This document shows positions 1 through 8,799 of a DNA stretch of 62,488 nucleotides, piece by piece. The stretch's first letter is position 1, and the number at the start of each line of letters is the position of its first letter. Location of the stretch: NCBI GenBank assembly GCA_016930235.1, contig JAFGHI010000005.1, forward strand, positions 1 to 62,488. Reading direction: 5' to 3'. The notes beneath the pieces were generated by a model that saw only the letters and a program-made list of their open reading frames with translations, did not search any database and had not been told where the DNA came from. Source of the stretch: Candidatus Omnitrophota bacterium. GTDB taxonomy: Bacteria > Omnitrophota > Omnitrophia > Omnitrophales > Aquincolibacteriaceae. The position numbers were made by a program, and so were the translations under genes.

Positions 1-1731
1 CGTTTGTCCGATCTGACGTCCGTATTCGACAAAACCACCATCCACCGCGCGACGGCTTGCACCCCAGTCGGCGTTGATCCCCTTTTCCTGGAGAGCCTTG
101 GCCAACTCTCTCACCAAAGCAAAGTCGTCGATCTCTCCGCAAGGGCGGCCCCCAGAAATAATAATGTCCGCCGCAAAAAGATTCGTGGCTCCGCCTTCTT
201 GACGGACGGTTTCGACGATCTCAGCGAGAAAATCCTCGGGCTTGAGTTCGGGCTGAAATTCCACCACATTCCCTTTGCGGGAAGGATCCTTCGCCAGCAT
301 ATTGAAAGTCCCGGGCCTGGCCGTCGCCATTTGCGGACACCAAAACCCGACAATGGTCGCCAGTTTGCTTTCCCCGTAAGTCGGACGAATGGCTTCAAGA
401 CACGGATACATGATCGATTTACGGATCCGGTGAACAAATTCACCGACCTTTAAACTCGTGCAATCGGCCGTGACACCGGCCCTTACGCGACTCGCCAAAC
501 GCGGGGCAAGCTCACGGCCGGAAGTCGTAGCGCCGAAAAGCGCGATTTCAGGACGATTCTTTTCGATAATTTGGGCAAAGACGGAAGCCACCGGCAAGGT
601 CGCGTATTCCGCCAACCGCGGATCCTCCACCACAACGACTTCATCCGCACCGTGAGCAATGATATCCTGGGCCGCTTCCTTGACTTGATGACCGATCATA
701 ACGGCCGTTACTTTCGTTTCCAACTGGTCCGCAAGCTCGCGAGCGGGATTCAGAATTTCAAGGGATGAACGCGTAGGAGTTTTTCCGTGCATCTCAACCC
801 ACGTCATAATGCCCCGGGCCCCATCCCTAAAATCCACGAGCGGGAAATCGGGTTTCTTTTGAACCTTTTCGGCTTCAACTTTTTTCTCAGCTGTCGCATC
901 GACCTTCCCGGAATGGGGATCCTCTTTTGATACTTTCTCGACTTCCTGTGCCAGCCCATTTGCAAAATCTGCTGGTTGCGTCCCTGAAATCATCACGACC
1001 GGCGGTCTTTCGCGTTCAATATCCACGACCTTGGCAACAATGGTCGGTGAACCGTTCAAACCCACCTGGTCCGCACGGACACCAATCTGGTCAATGTTCC
1101 AGATTCCGATCTCGGCCTTCCTCGCTTTCATGGCCCCAAGCAGCGAAGGACGCCTGGCCACCGTCGCCGTCGGTGTAATGGAAAGAAGACAAGGGATGGG
1201 AAGTTTAATGACTTGATGGCCGCCTTCGATAATTCTGCGGACAATGACGTGATCGCCTTTAAAATCCACTTTTTCTACAAAGGTGGCTTGTGGAATCCCC
1301 AAATTCTCCGCAACCTGGGAAGGGACGTGCGCGGTATCTCCGTCACTTGTTTGACGGCCGGCAAAGATAATGAAAGGTTCCTTGATATTATGGTCATAAC
1401 CCAATTTTCTCAGAAGGTAGGCGATGGAATAACCTGTCGCATAAGTATCCGAACCGCCAAGACGCCTGTCCGAAAGCAAATACGCCTTATCAAACCCCAT
1501 CGAAATCGCTTTCTTGAGGGACTGCTCAAAAGAAGGCGGTCCCATCGAAACGATCGCAAGCTCGGCATCCTTAACTTGATCCTTAATCTCAAGGGCTTGT
1601 TCAATCGCAAAGCTGCAGTCGACATTTATGATCGACTTGGCCTTGGTGCGGTCCATCAACCCGTCATCCCCCATTCGCATCTGCGAAGGGATGGGGACCT
1701 GCTTCATCAAACTAAAAATCTTTAATCCCAT
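1..1731 (-). CDS. Fused electron-transfer flavoprotein: an EtfB (beta) domain then an EtfA (alpha) domain in one polypeptide. The C-terminus runs off the left window edge.
   Basis: Absent from the ORF track because the frame is open to the edge. Manual minus-strand translation from the ATG at 1731-1729 gives 577 uninterrupted codons. The EtfB-like part reads MGLKIFSLMKQVPIPS...FAGRQTSDGDTAHVPSQVAENLGIP...GLNGSPTIVAKV. A Lys/Glu-rich linker of about 55 aa follows. The EtfA-like part reads ...LFGATTSGRELAPRLASRVRAGVTADCT...IIISGGRPCG...WGASRRAVDGGF..GRQIGQT. Confidence 0.85.
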   Translation of the reverse strand, partial: MGLKIFSLMKQVPIPSQMRMGDDGLMDRTKAKSIINVDCSFAIEQALEIKDQVKDAELAIVSMGPPSFEQSLKKAISMGFDKAYLLSDRRLGGSDTYATGYSIAYLLRKLGYDHNIKEPFIIFAGRQTSDGDTAHVPSQVAENLGIPQATFVEKVDFKGDHVIVRRIIEGGHQVIKLPIPCLLSITPTATVARRPSLLGAMKARKAEIGIWNIDQIGVRADQVGLNGSPTIVAKVVDIERERPPVVMISGTQPADFANGLAQEVEKVSKEDPHSGKVDATAEKKVEAEKVQKKPDFPLVDFRDGARGIMTWVEMHGKTPTRSSLEILNPARELADQLETKVTAVMIGHQVKEAAQDIIAHGADEVVVVEDPRLAEYATLPVASVFAQIIEKNRPEIALFGATTSGRELAPRLASRVRAGVTADCTSLKVGEFVHRIRKSIMYPCLEAIRPTYGESKLATIVGFWCPQMATARPGTFNMLAKDPSRKGNVVEFQPELKPEDFLAEIVETVRQEGGATNLFAADIIISGGRPCGEIDDFALVRELAKALQEKGINADWGASRRAVDGGFVEYGRQIGQT

Positions 1732-1762
1732 GACGAATCCTATTCTTTAATTTATAAATTCT

Positions 1763-3469
1763 TTAGAGATTCTCATATTCAGGGCCGTCCCCGCCGTAAG
1801 GCGTGACCCATGTGATATTCTTAAGCGGTTCCTTAATATCACAGGTCTTACAATGAACACAGTTAGTCGGATGAATATGAAGGTCTTTTTCACCTGTTTT
1901 CGGGTCCGTCACGATTTCATAGACCTCGGCCGGACAGAAATACTGACAAGGCCCGCCATATTTCGGAATACAGACCTTCCGGCAAATCTCCCTGTCCGGA
2001 ACCAGCAAATGACAAGGCTGATGCTCATCATGCTGAGATCCGGAATAAAAAACGTCGGTCACTTTATCGAACGTTAACTGTTTATCAAAAACGAGGAGAT
2101 CCTTGAACTTCTCCTGAAAACTTTTTCCCTTAACCTGTGCAAGCGTCTTATAACGCTTGCCGTCTTCTTCCATCCTGAGACGGCCCGTAAGAGAAAGTCC
2201 CCAGCCGCCCGTAAAAAGCTGAGCGCCAAAATGGATCATCCCAAAAATTAAATTGTGTTTAAAGCCCTGACGGAAATTACGGACACGGTAAAGATCCTTG
2301 CGGGCATCACTTGATTCAAACAATTTTTGGTAACGCTCAAGCTGACCCTCTCGAAAATCATTTTTCTTCAGGGCCTCAAAAGCCGAATCGGCCGCAAGCA
2401 TCCCGGATTCCATCCCGAGGTGTACCCCTTTCAGGCTGGGCATACTCAAGAAACCGGCACTGTCTCCGACAATCATGGCGTGGTCCAAATAAAATTTGGG
2501 CATCGCAAAATAGCCGCCTTCAGGGATCGTCTTCGCGCCGTAGCGAAGCATTTTTCCCTTTTCCAAAATCTTCTTGACGAAAGGCTGCTGCTTATAGACC
2601 TGAAAGGCATTATGGGGATCAAAAGTGGGATCCTCGTAATCCAAACCTACCACGAGACCGACCGCCACCTGAGTTTTGGAAATCGCATAGATAAACCCAC
2701 CGCCAAATTGATCCAGAGTGAGCGGATAACCCATCGTATGAATGACGGTTCCCGGCGCTAAGGTCCCTTCCGGGACTTCCCATAATTCTTTGACGCCGGT
2801 GGAATAAACCTGCGGATTACTTTCTTGATCAAGACTGAACGTTTTTATGAGTTGTTTCGTGAGATGACCGCGCGGGCCTTCAGCGAAGATGATCAGTTTT
2901 GCCCGGACCTCGGTCCCGGGCTGATAATTCGGCTGCTTCTCGCCTTGGGCATCGACCCCCGAATCCCCCGTGCGGATCCCGGCAAGTTTTCCATTCTCAA
3001 GGAGTAGTTCGTGTGCGCTGAATCCGGTGAAGATCTGCACGCCCTTTTTCTCTGCGATATCCGCAAGCCACCGGTTTACTTTTCCCAAGCAGGCAACAAA
3101 ATTACCGTGATTACCCATAAAAGGCGGGTGAAAAGGCGCTTCGAGCGAATATTTTTTGGTCAGGTAATATACACCGCCGCCTGTTACCGGCGATTCAAAG
3201 GGAAAATCTTTTTCCTCTATCTCCGGGAAAAGTTTACGGAAGGTTTTTGGATTAACGACAGCACCCGACAAGGAATGACTGCCGATCGACGAACCCTTTT
3301 CAAGGAGTAGAATATCCCCGGAGAGTTTTGTCCCTGGGGTCTGGCCCTGATCAATCTTCTGATTGTAGTCCCGGATAAGGTCCGCTAAATGGATTGAAGT
3401 CGCTAACCCTGCCGACCCGCCCCCAATAATGAGAACATCGGTATGGACCACATCTCTTTTTGTTGTCAT
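1763..3469 (-). CDS. Electron-transfer flavoprotein:quinone oxidoreductase (ETF-QO, equivalent to fused FixC+FixX)
   Basis: 568 aa. N-terminal FAD fold VLIIGGGSAGLA. C-terminal 4Fe-4S region CQYFCPAEVYE...NCVHCKTCDIKEP...ITWVTPYGGDGPEYENL, typical of ETF-QO. It lies 31 nt downstream of the fused Etf gene. Confidence 0.9.
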   Translation of the reverse strand: MTTKRDVVHTDVLIIGGGSAGLATSIHLADLIRDYNQKIDQGQTPGTKLSGDILLLEKGSSIGSHSLSGAVVNPKTFRKLFPEIEEKDFPFESPVTGGGVYYLTKKYSLEAPFHPPFMGNHGNFVACLGKVNRWLADIAEKKGVQIFTGFSAHELLLENGKLAGIRTGDSGVDAQGEKQPNYQPGTEVRAKLIIFAEGPRGHLTKQLIKTFSLDQESNPQVYSTGVKELWEVPEGTLAPGTVIHTMGYPLTLDQFGGGFIYAISKTQVAVGLVVGLDYEDPTFDPHNAFQVYKQQPFVKKILEKGKMLRYGAKTIPEGGYFAMPKFYLDHAMIVGDSAGFLSMPSLKGVHLGMESGMLAADSAFEALKKNDFREGQLERYQKLFESSDARKDLYRVRNFRQGFKHNLIFGMIHFGAQLFTGGWGLSLTGRLRMEEDGKRYKTLAQVKGKSFQEKFKDLLVFDKQLTFDKVTDVFYSGSQHDEHQPCHLLVPDREICRKVCIPKYGGPCQYFCPAEVYEIVTDPKTGEKDLHIHPTNCVHCKTCDIKEPLKNITWVTPYGGDGPEYENL

Positions 3470-3619
3470 GCCTTTTTATCTCTCGTATGGAGAATATTAT
3501 GTTTTTGGGGGTTCAACGAGGCAATCCGTTAATGTTTTGCCTTTTGGCAAATAGGCGGAGTAGGATAAACGATCCCCTTGAAAAAGTCAAGACGGGTCAT
3601 TCGAGATGAGCAAGATCTC

Positions 3620-4060
3620 CTAAAAAAGTGAGGAGAAATGTTGGGCGTATTTTTCAATCCACTGGCGGGCCGCTTCTTCTTCTGAAACATCCCGGCCGAT
3701 TTCCGAGGAAACGCGTTTGCGATACTGCTGAATTTCGTGAACCTGCACGGCCAATTTAGTCCGGAAAACACTTGTCTGATCCAGGAATTCGACACCGATA
3801 CGATAGCGATCCAGGCTTGAGACGCGGTTGCAGTAAGCAATTTGTCCGACAATCTGAAAGATCTGATCTCCCACAGGGACCTTTACTTGAACCCTGGTTC
3901 CTTTGGCAATGAAACGATTTCCAAGCACGCACATTCCGCCTTCGGAAAGGTCGACAGAAGACGAGCGCTCAAGATTCTTCGATATCAGATCTTGATACTG
4001 AATCGGCATACAAAGCGGGTGTCTATAAAATTTTCGTTTATCGGCAAATGTTGTTGTCAT
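3620..4060 (-). CDS. PilZ-domain (c-di-GMP binding) protein
   Basis: 146 aa with both PilZ signature motifs: RKFYR (RxxxR) near the N-terminus and DLSEGG (DxSxxG). Confidence 0.75.
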   Translation of the reverse strand: MTTTFADKRKFYRHPLCMPIQYQDLISKNLERSSSVDLSEGGMCVLGNRFIAKGTRVQVKVPVGDQIFQIVGQIAYCNRVSSLDRYRIGVEFLDQTSVFRTKLAVQVHEIQQYRKRVSSEIGRDVSEEEAARQWIEKYAQHFSSLF

Positions 4061-4073
4061 AAAAAGATATTAA

Positions 4074-4102
4074 ATTCTACCCGCTGTTGAGCAAAAATTC
4101 AA
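4074..4102 (-). promoter_or_regulatory. Putative sigma70-type promoter for the PilZ gene
   Basis: On the minus strand: TTGAAT, 17-nt spacer, TAGAAT. The -10 element ends 13 nt before the ATG and no Shine-Dalgarno is visible, so the transcript would have a very short leader. Confidence 0.3.
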
Positions 4103-4125
4103 TTTCTTATGAGAAAAATAACTAG

Positions 4126-4150
4126 AAAAAACTAGCGTTTGCTAGTTTTG
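4126..4150 (-). terminator. Weak hairpin plus U-run downstream of the BamE-like gene
   Basis: The arms AAAACTAGC (4128-4136) and GCTAGTTTT (4141-4149) form a 9-bp stem with a 4-nt loop. On the minus-strand RNA the stem runs into a U tract. The stem is AT-rich. Confidence 0.3.
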
Positions 4151-4250
4151 TTATGTTTCCCTGCTTAAATGCTCTGGGAATGAAAGGCGGCCCAAGCCCA
4201 GGGAAAAGCCAAGACTATCAATCCTATCATTCCTCGAAATAAGGTTCAAT

Positions 4251-4679
4251 CTAGGTTGTCTCTTTCTGTCGCGGGTAAGGAGGACATTCTGTGATCACAC
4301 ATTTCCACTCATAAAGTTTGCCATCCTCATCAAATAGGAAATAAATTTTTTCGCCGTCAAACCAGCTTTCATTGCCCCGCTTATAAATCCATTTCACACC
4401 ATAATCTTCCGGCAAAATAATCACGGGGGGACCCAAATGATCTCCGACTTGCTCACTTGTCCAGCCCGGCTCAATCTCTTCTCGAATCAGGGATTTTTTT
4501 GCCTTCTCAAACCTTTTGGTTTCGAGTTTGATCTGCTCTTCCTGCCATTTCTGATCCTTCCCCAAAGCCGCCAGCGTCTTGATCCCGTCAGCATTAACAC
4601 TCATGCAACCGCTCACCGCAAGCAACAGCGCAGCCGCAAAAAGATAAAATGGCCATTTTATTCGACTATTTTCTCGCAT
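4251..4679 (-). CDS. BamE/SmpA-OmlA-like outer-membrane lipoprotein
   Basis: I take the internal Met start, MRENSRIKWPFYLFAAALLLAVSGC, which gives a lipobox (LAVSGC). The C-terminal segment GWTSEQVGDHLGPP...WIY...YFLFDEDGKLYEW resembles the BamE fold motif. Confidence 0.5.
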   Translation of the reverse strand: MRENSRIKWPFYLFAAALLLAVSGCMSVNADGIKTLAALGKDQKWQEEQIKLETKRFEKAKKSLIREEIEPGWTSEQVGDHLGPPVIILPEDYGVKWIYKRGNESWFDGEKIYFLFDEDGKLYEWKCVITECPPYPRQKETT

Positions 4680-5214
4680 CTTGAGCCACTCCCAGATCTT
4701 CGTATTTCTTTTCCATTTTCGACCGCATATCAAGGACCCTGTTCTTAACAATTTGAGCGGTTTGAATCCGTCCTGCGGGACTGATGTCCGGAAAAAACGA
4801 TCCTCCCCCGCTTTTCGTCCTGGCTTCCTCTTTCTTACCGCCCGTTCCGGGGATCATCGTCAAAAGATTTTTCTCGGGCTCATACGTCACGAGCGATTTT
4901 CGAGGGGCCTTGAAGATCCAATCGTCATAAACACCCGATTCGATCTCTTCCGGAGTAATTTCGGAAATGCGGACAATCTCCGACTTTAAAAATTCCATTT
5001 CACTTGTCCCCATATCGAAAACAACTTTTTCAGCATCTTCACGGAGGACACGCCCCACAAAAAAATTGCCCTGGTCCAATTCCAATTTCTGATAACCTTC
5101 GGCCTTCGATTCCTGAAAAAGGGACGGGAGAACTTCCGGATGGACCCGCACGCCGGCTGCCCACGCGACCAGTATCGCAAAGAATAGAAGAAGACCCCCT
5201 AACCGCATTCTCAT
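4666..5214 (-). CDS. Secreted/periplasmic hypothetical protein
   Basis: 182 aa with an N-terminal signal-like helix, LLLFFAILVAWAAG. Its ATG overlaps the tonB stop as ATGA (5211-5214). I recognise no domain. Confidence 0.5.
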   Translation of the reverse strand: MRMRLGGLLLFFAILVAWAAGVRVHPEVLPSLFQESKAEGYQKLELDQGNFFVGRVLREDAEKVVFDMGTSEMEFLKSEIVRISEITPEEIESGVYDDWIFKAPRKSLVTYEPEKNLLTMIPGTGGKKEEARTKSGGGSFFPDISPAGRIQTAQIVKNRVLDMRSKMEKKYEDLGVAQDARK

Positions 5215-5840
5215 CGCCCCCGGTTTGACTTACTTGATTGATCGTCTTTTAATGTAAATAATACAGGAATTTTTACTTCGGACTCCAAAGAAATTCCGGC
5301 CAGGGAGGCGGGTTCAAACACCCATTTGTGGACGGCTTCCCATGCCGCCCGGTCTAAGACCTGGTGACCGGAACTTTTTGCAACCTTCACCACAATCGGT
5401 TTTCCCGTACGGTCGACCCTCACATAGAGCAAGACCTCGCCTTCCCAACCGTTCTGTCGCGCAACACGAGGATAAATCGGAGGTCGATTCACCGTTATCA
5501 TCGGCTTTGCTTCCCGGCGAATTCCGGGCTCAACCGGATTGGGCAGGATATCCTGAATTTCTTTTGCAGGAGTTGACTCTTCCGGTCGGACTTCTTCGAT
5601 CTCAATTCTTTCATCCGTCTTCTGAGTAAGGATCTCGTTGCGGTCCCGCATTGGAACAGGTTTCGTTTGGGGAATGGGTTCTGTGATGACCAGATCAATA
5701 CTTACCGGTGCGCGATTCGCATCGTAGAGGACTTCGGAAGCTCTTAGGCCGCCGAAAACAAAGATACCGGCATGCAGAAGCACGACGGATGCCAGAACCG
5801 GCCGAAAAAAATTTTGTTTATAAGAAAAAGGGATTCGCAT
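5211..5840 (-). CDS. tonB: TonB-family energy transducer
   Basis: One N-terminal TM helix, a Pro/Glu-rich spacer, and a C-terminal TonB motif PIYPRVARQNGWEGEVLLYVRVDRTGKP. The start is uncertain; Met codons lie at 5840, 5882 and 5924. Confidence 0.8.
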   Translation of the reverse strand: MRIPFSYKQNFFRPVLASVVLLHAGIFVFGGLRASEVLYDANRAPVSIDLVITEPIPQTKPVPMRDRNEILTQKTDERIEIEEVRPEESTPAKEIQDILPNPVEPGIRREAKPMITVNRPPIYPRVARQNGWEGEVLLYVRVDRTGKPIVVKVAKSSGHQVLDRAAWEAVHKWVFEPASLAGISLESEVKIPVLFTLKDDQSSKSNRGR

Positions 5841-5856
5841 AAAGGTCGATTCTTTT

Positions 5857-6264
5857 TTAAATCTTTGAGCCGTCTCTTTCATGCACAAGACGGATTTGTC
5901 CTGCGCCTGCCTGTCTTGCCTCATCCATCACTTGGACAAAATACCCGTAGGGCACGTTTTTGTCTCCGCGGATATGGACAACCCGTTCTTCCTGACTCCT
6001 GAGAATCCTTGATAGATCTCCTTGGAGAGTCTCCAACGTGCTTTCTTTCTGATTCACATAAAGCATCTTGTCGGCGTCCATGCTGATCACAATCTTTTCG
6101 GGTTTCGCAAGATCATGGGAAACCGATTTGGGCAAATTGATTTCTAGAGCGGGCATTGAAAAAGTCGAACTGAGCATGAAAAATACCAGAAGCAGAAAAA
6201 TAATGTCGATCAGCGGGGCCAAGTCCATTCCCATCTTCGATTTTCGACTGCGTATGAATTCCAT
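5857..6264 (-). CDS. exbD: ExbD/TolR biopolymer transport protein
   Basis: 135 aa with the typical N-terminus, DLAPLIDIIFLLLVFFM, and a periplasmic domain. Confidence 0.85.
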   Translation of the reverse strand: MEFIRSRKSKMGMDLAPLIDIIFLLLVFFMLSSTFSMPALEINLPKSVSHDLAKPEKIVISMDADKMLYVNQKESTLETLQGDLSRILRSQEERVVHIRGDKNVPYGYFVQVMDEARQAGAGQIRLVHERDGSKI

Positions 6265-6287
6265 CTTCGAAATACCCTGCCCGTTGA

Positions 6288-6980
6288 TCAGGAAGTCACG
6301 GCATGAAGAGACTCATCCCGTTTTTCCATGCTTTCGGTTCGGAATTCTTCGGCCGATTTCTTGCCAAAAAATTCATTGAGGTCAGAAACCATAAACTGCA
6401 TGTGCCGGGCAACTTGGTCCACATGACTTTCAAAACCGTGGTAAGCGGCCATACAAGGGATCGCGATACAAAGACCAAAGACCGTTGTGATTAAGGCTTC
6501 CCAAATCCCCCCGGCCAATCCCGAAGCTTGAACGTATCCCCCAGCCTGTTCAATTTGATGAAATGCCGTTACGAGCCCTGTCACCGTTCCCAAAAGCCCC
6601 AGAAGGGGTGCCAAATGCGTAATCGCAGCCAAGGTTCGAAGATGACTTTCAAGTTTCTCTAAGGCAAGGGATCCTTCCCGGCGAACAATTTCTTCACGCA
6701 ACCGGTCCTGGTGTAAGTTCGTTAAATATTCCCGGGCGACCCTCGGGACGGGATGGGAACTTTTCCGGCAAAGCAAAATGGCCTTTTTAACATCCTTTTC
6801 CTTGAGTAGGATGCTTTCGAGTCGGCTCTTGAACTGGCCGTAGTCAAACCGCAGACGAAGAAAATAGATGAGCCGCTCAACAATAATCGTTGCCCCCACG
6901 ATCGAACATAGAAGCAGGGGCCACATGACAAAATGCCCCTTCCCAAAAAGTTCCGGGAGGGATTGATCCCATAAAAGCAT
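6288..6980 (-). CDS. exbB: ExbB/TolQ/MotA proton-channel protein
   Basis: 230 aa with three TM helices and the conserved C-terminal block GLLGTVTGLVTAF...GIWEALITTVFGL. Confidence 0.85.
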   Translation of the reverse strand: MLLWDQSLPELFGKGHFVMWPLLLCSIVGATIIVERLIYFLRLRFDYGQFKSRLESILLKEKDVKKAILLCRKSSHPVPRVAREYLTNLHQDRLREEIVRREGSLALEKLESHLRTLAAITHLAPLLGLLGTVTGLVTAFHQIEQAGGYVQASGLAGGIWEALITTVFGLCIAIPCMAAYHGFESHVDQVARHMQFMVSDLNEFFGKKSAEEFRTESMEKRDESLHAVTS

Positions 6981-7201
6981 GATCTTGGTGTCCTTTCAGC
7001 AATCGAAATGAAGTTCGGATATTTTACGATTGAATCGCCCCAAATCCTAATAGATTTTCCATAAGCTCCATTTCCTCCTAACATCATCCCCTATGACCAC
7101 TTGCAAAAACTTCCTCTGAGGAGTCAAGGCTACCCCTAAAAAGAACGATAATAGAGTATCTAGAACCGTTTCATGAGACAAAACCAAAGAAGCTAAATTC
7201 A

Positions 7202-7996
7202 ATGCACCGAATCTTTGCATTTTTTGTTCGAGAACCTATTGAGAAAATCATCCGTTTTTTTGAGGTCTTTGGGGACATTGTCCTCTTCACCCAAACAGCG
7301 GTATTTTCGGCATTCTCCCCTCCCTTTAAACGTTCGATCACACGGCGCCAAATGGATGTGATTGGTGTCGGCTCGCTTAACATTGTCGTTTTGACCGGGC
7401 TTTTTATGGGATTGGTCTTGGCCCTTCAGGCTATTGTTGAACTAAGAAGTTTGGGTGCTACCGCCTATCTCGGACGGCCTATCGGAACCACAGTCATCCG
7501 AGAATTGGGACCGGTTCTAGCTTCGATTATGGTCGCGGCCCGTGCGGGATCCGCCATTGCAGCCGAACTGGCTTCGATGGTCATTGCCGAACAGATCGAC
7601 GCCCTACGAGCCGAGGGCAGCGATCCGGTCAAAAAACTCGTTGAACCAAGACTGATGGCCTGCACACTCATGACTCCTGTTTTAACGGCTATCTGTTGCC
7701 TCGTTGCCTTTATAGGCGGTTGGATTGTCGCCTGCCAGATTGTCCAAATCACGTCTTCTTTCTACTGGGACTCCGTCATGGAGGTCCTGACACCGGCTTT
7801 CGTCTGGGGTGGACTTCTCAAGGCTTTATGTTTTGGATTCATTATCGGGGTCGTCTCCTGTTATTGCGGAATCAAAACCGAATTCGGGTCCGAGGGCGTG
7901 GGATTGGCAACAACTCGAACAGTCGTCATCAGTTCCATCTCGATCCTTGCAGTTGATTTCATACTAACCAAAATTTATATCGTCACGTGGTGGTAA
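7202..7996 (+). CDS. mlaE: MlaE-family ABC transporter permease
   Basis: 264-aa polytopic protein with MlaE-like blocks (GVGSLNIVVLTGLFMGLVLALQ). It is followed by overlapping ATPase and MCE genes. Confidence 0.85.
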   Translation: MHRIFAFFVREPIEKIIRFFEVFGDIVLFTQTAVFSAFSPPFKRSITRRQMDVIGVGSLNIVVLTGLFMGLVLALQAIVELRSLGATAYLGRPIGTTVIRELGPVLASIMVAARAGSAIAAELASMVIAEQIDALRAEGSDPVKKLVEPRLMACTLMTPVLTAICCLVAFIGGWIVACQIVQITSSFYWDSVMEVLTPAFVWGGLLKALCFGFIIGVVSCYCGIKTEFGSEGVGLATTRTVVISSISILAVDFILTKIYIVTWW

Positions 7997-8799
7997 CCAG
8001 GATGCTTACGACATCGCAGGAAGACACGATTATTCGGCTTCAGGATTTATTCCTTGATTATGGCGAGCATGAAATTGTCAAAGACGTCAGCCTTAATATT
8101 CACCGGCATAAAACAACTGTGATCCTGGGACCCAGCGGTGTCGGGAAAAGTACGATCCTTAAGGCTATCCTCGGGATCTTAAAACCAAGGTCCGGTGAGG
8201 TCTTTATCCGCCAGGAACCCATATCGCAGCTGCCGGAAAAGGAACTCGTCAGGATCCGCATCCAAATGGCCATGGTCTTTCAAAACGGAGCCCTTTTTGA
8301 TTCCATGACCATCGCAGACAATGTGAGCTTCCGGATGCGGGAACTGGGATTGGCGGGCGCGGCCAAGATCGATGAACGCGTGGATGAGGTCCTCAAATTC
8401 GTCGGCTTAAGCGACGTCAAACACAAAATGCCGGCTCAACTCTCTGGTGGGATGCGAAAACGTGCCGCGATTGCACGCGCATTGGCCCCGGACCCCGAAA
8501 TTTTTCTGTTCGATGAACCGACGGTCGGACTGGATCCCATTAACCGGTACAACATTGAGCAGCTCATAATCAAGTTAAAAGAAAGGCGAAATGTGACGAT
8601 GGTTATTGTGACGCATGATGTCGACAGCGCCTATCGGCTTGCCGACGATATTGTCCTGCTTCACGAAGGACGTTTCATTTTCGAGGGAAAGGCCGATTAT
8701 TTAAAGAGAAGCCCGGATATCCGTGTCCGGACATTTTTAAACCCGGATCTGGCCTTCTCCATCCAGGAAAAAGAAGGAAAGGAAAAAGAGAATGGCTGA
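7987..8799 (+). CDS. mlaF: MlaF-type ABC transporter ATP-binding protein
   Basis: Walker A GPSGVGKST, ABC signature LSGGMRKRAAIARAL, Walker B IFLFDEPTVGLD. Confidence 0.9.
   Translation: MVVTRMLTTSQEDTIIRLQDLFLDYGEHEIVKDVSLNIHRHKTTVILGPSGVGKSTILKAILGILKPRSGEVFIRQEPISQLPEKELVRIRIQMAMVFQNGALFDSMTIADNVSFRMRELGLAGAAKIDERVDEVLKFVGLSDVKHKMPAQLSGGMRKRAAIARALAPDPEIFLFDEPTVGLDPINRYNIEQLIIKLKERRNVTMVIVTHDVDSAYRLADDIVLLHEGRFIFEGKADYLKRSPDIRVRTFLNPDLAFSIQEKEGKEKENG

Noticed and set aside
4-1725. Plus-strand ORFs 4-453, 458-655, 571-768, 927-1178, 1031-1216 and 1213-1725, and the minus-strand ORFs 111-443 and 1410-1625
   Set aside because: All lie inside the uninterrupted 577-codon minus-strand EtfB-EtfA frame, which has unmistakable family motifs. 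The listed ORFs have Arg/Ser/Pro-rich low-complexity translations typical of off-frame or antisense reading.
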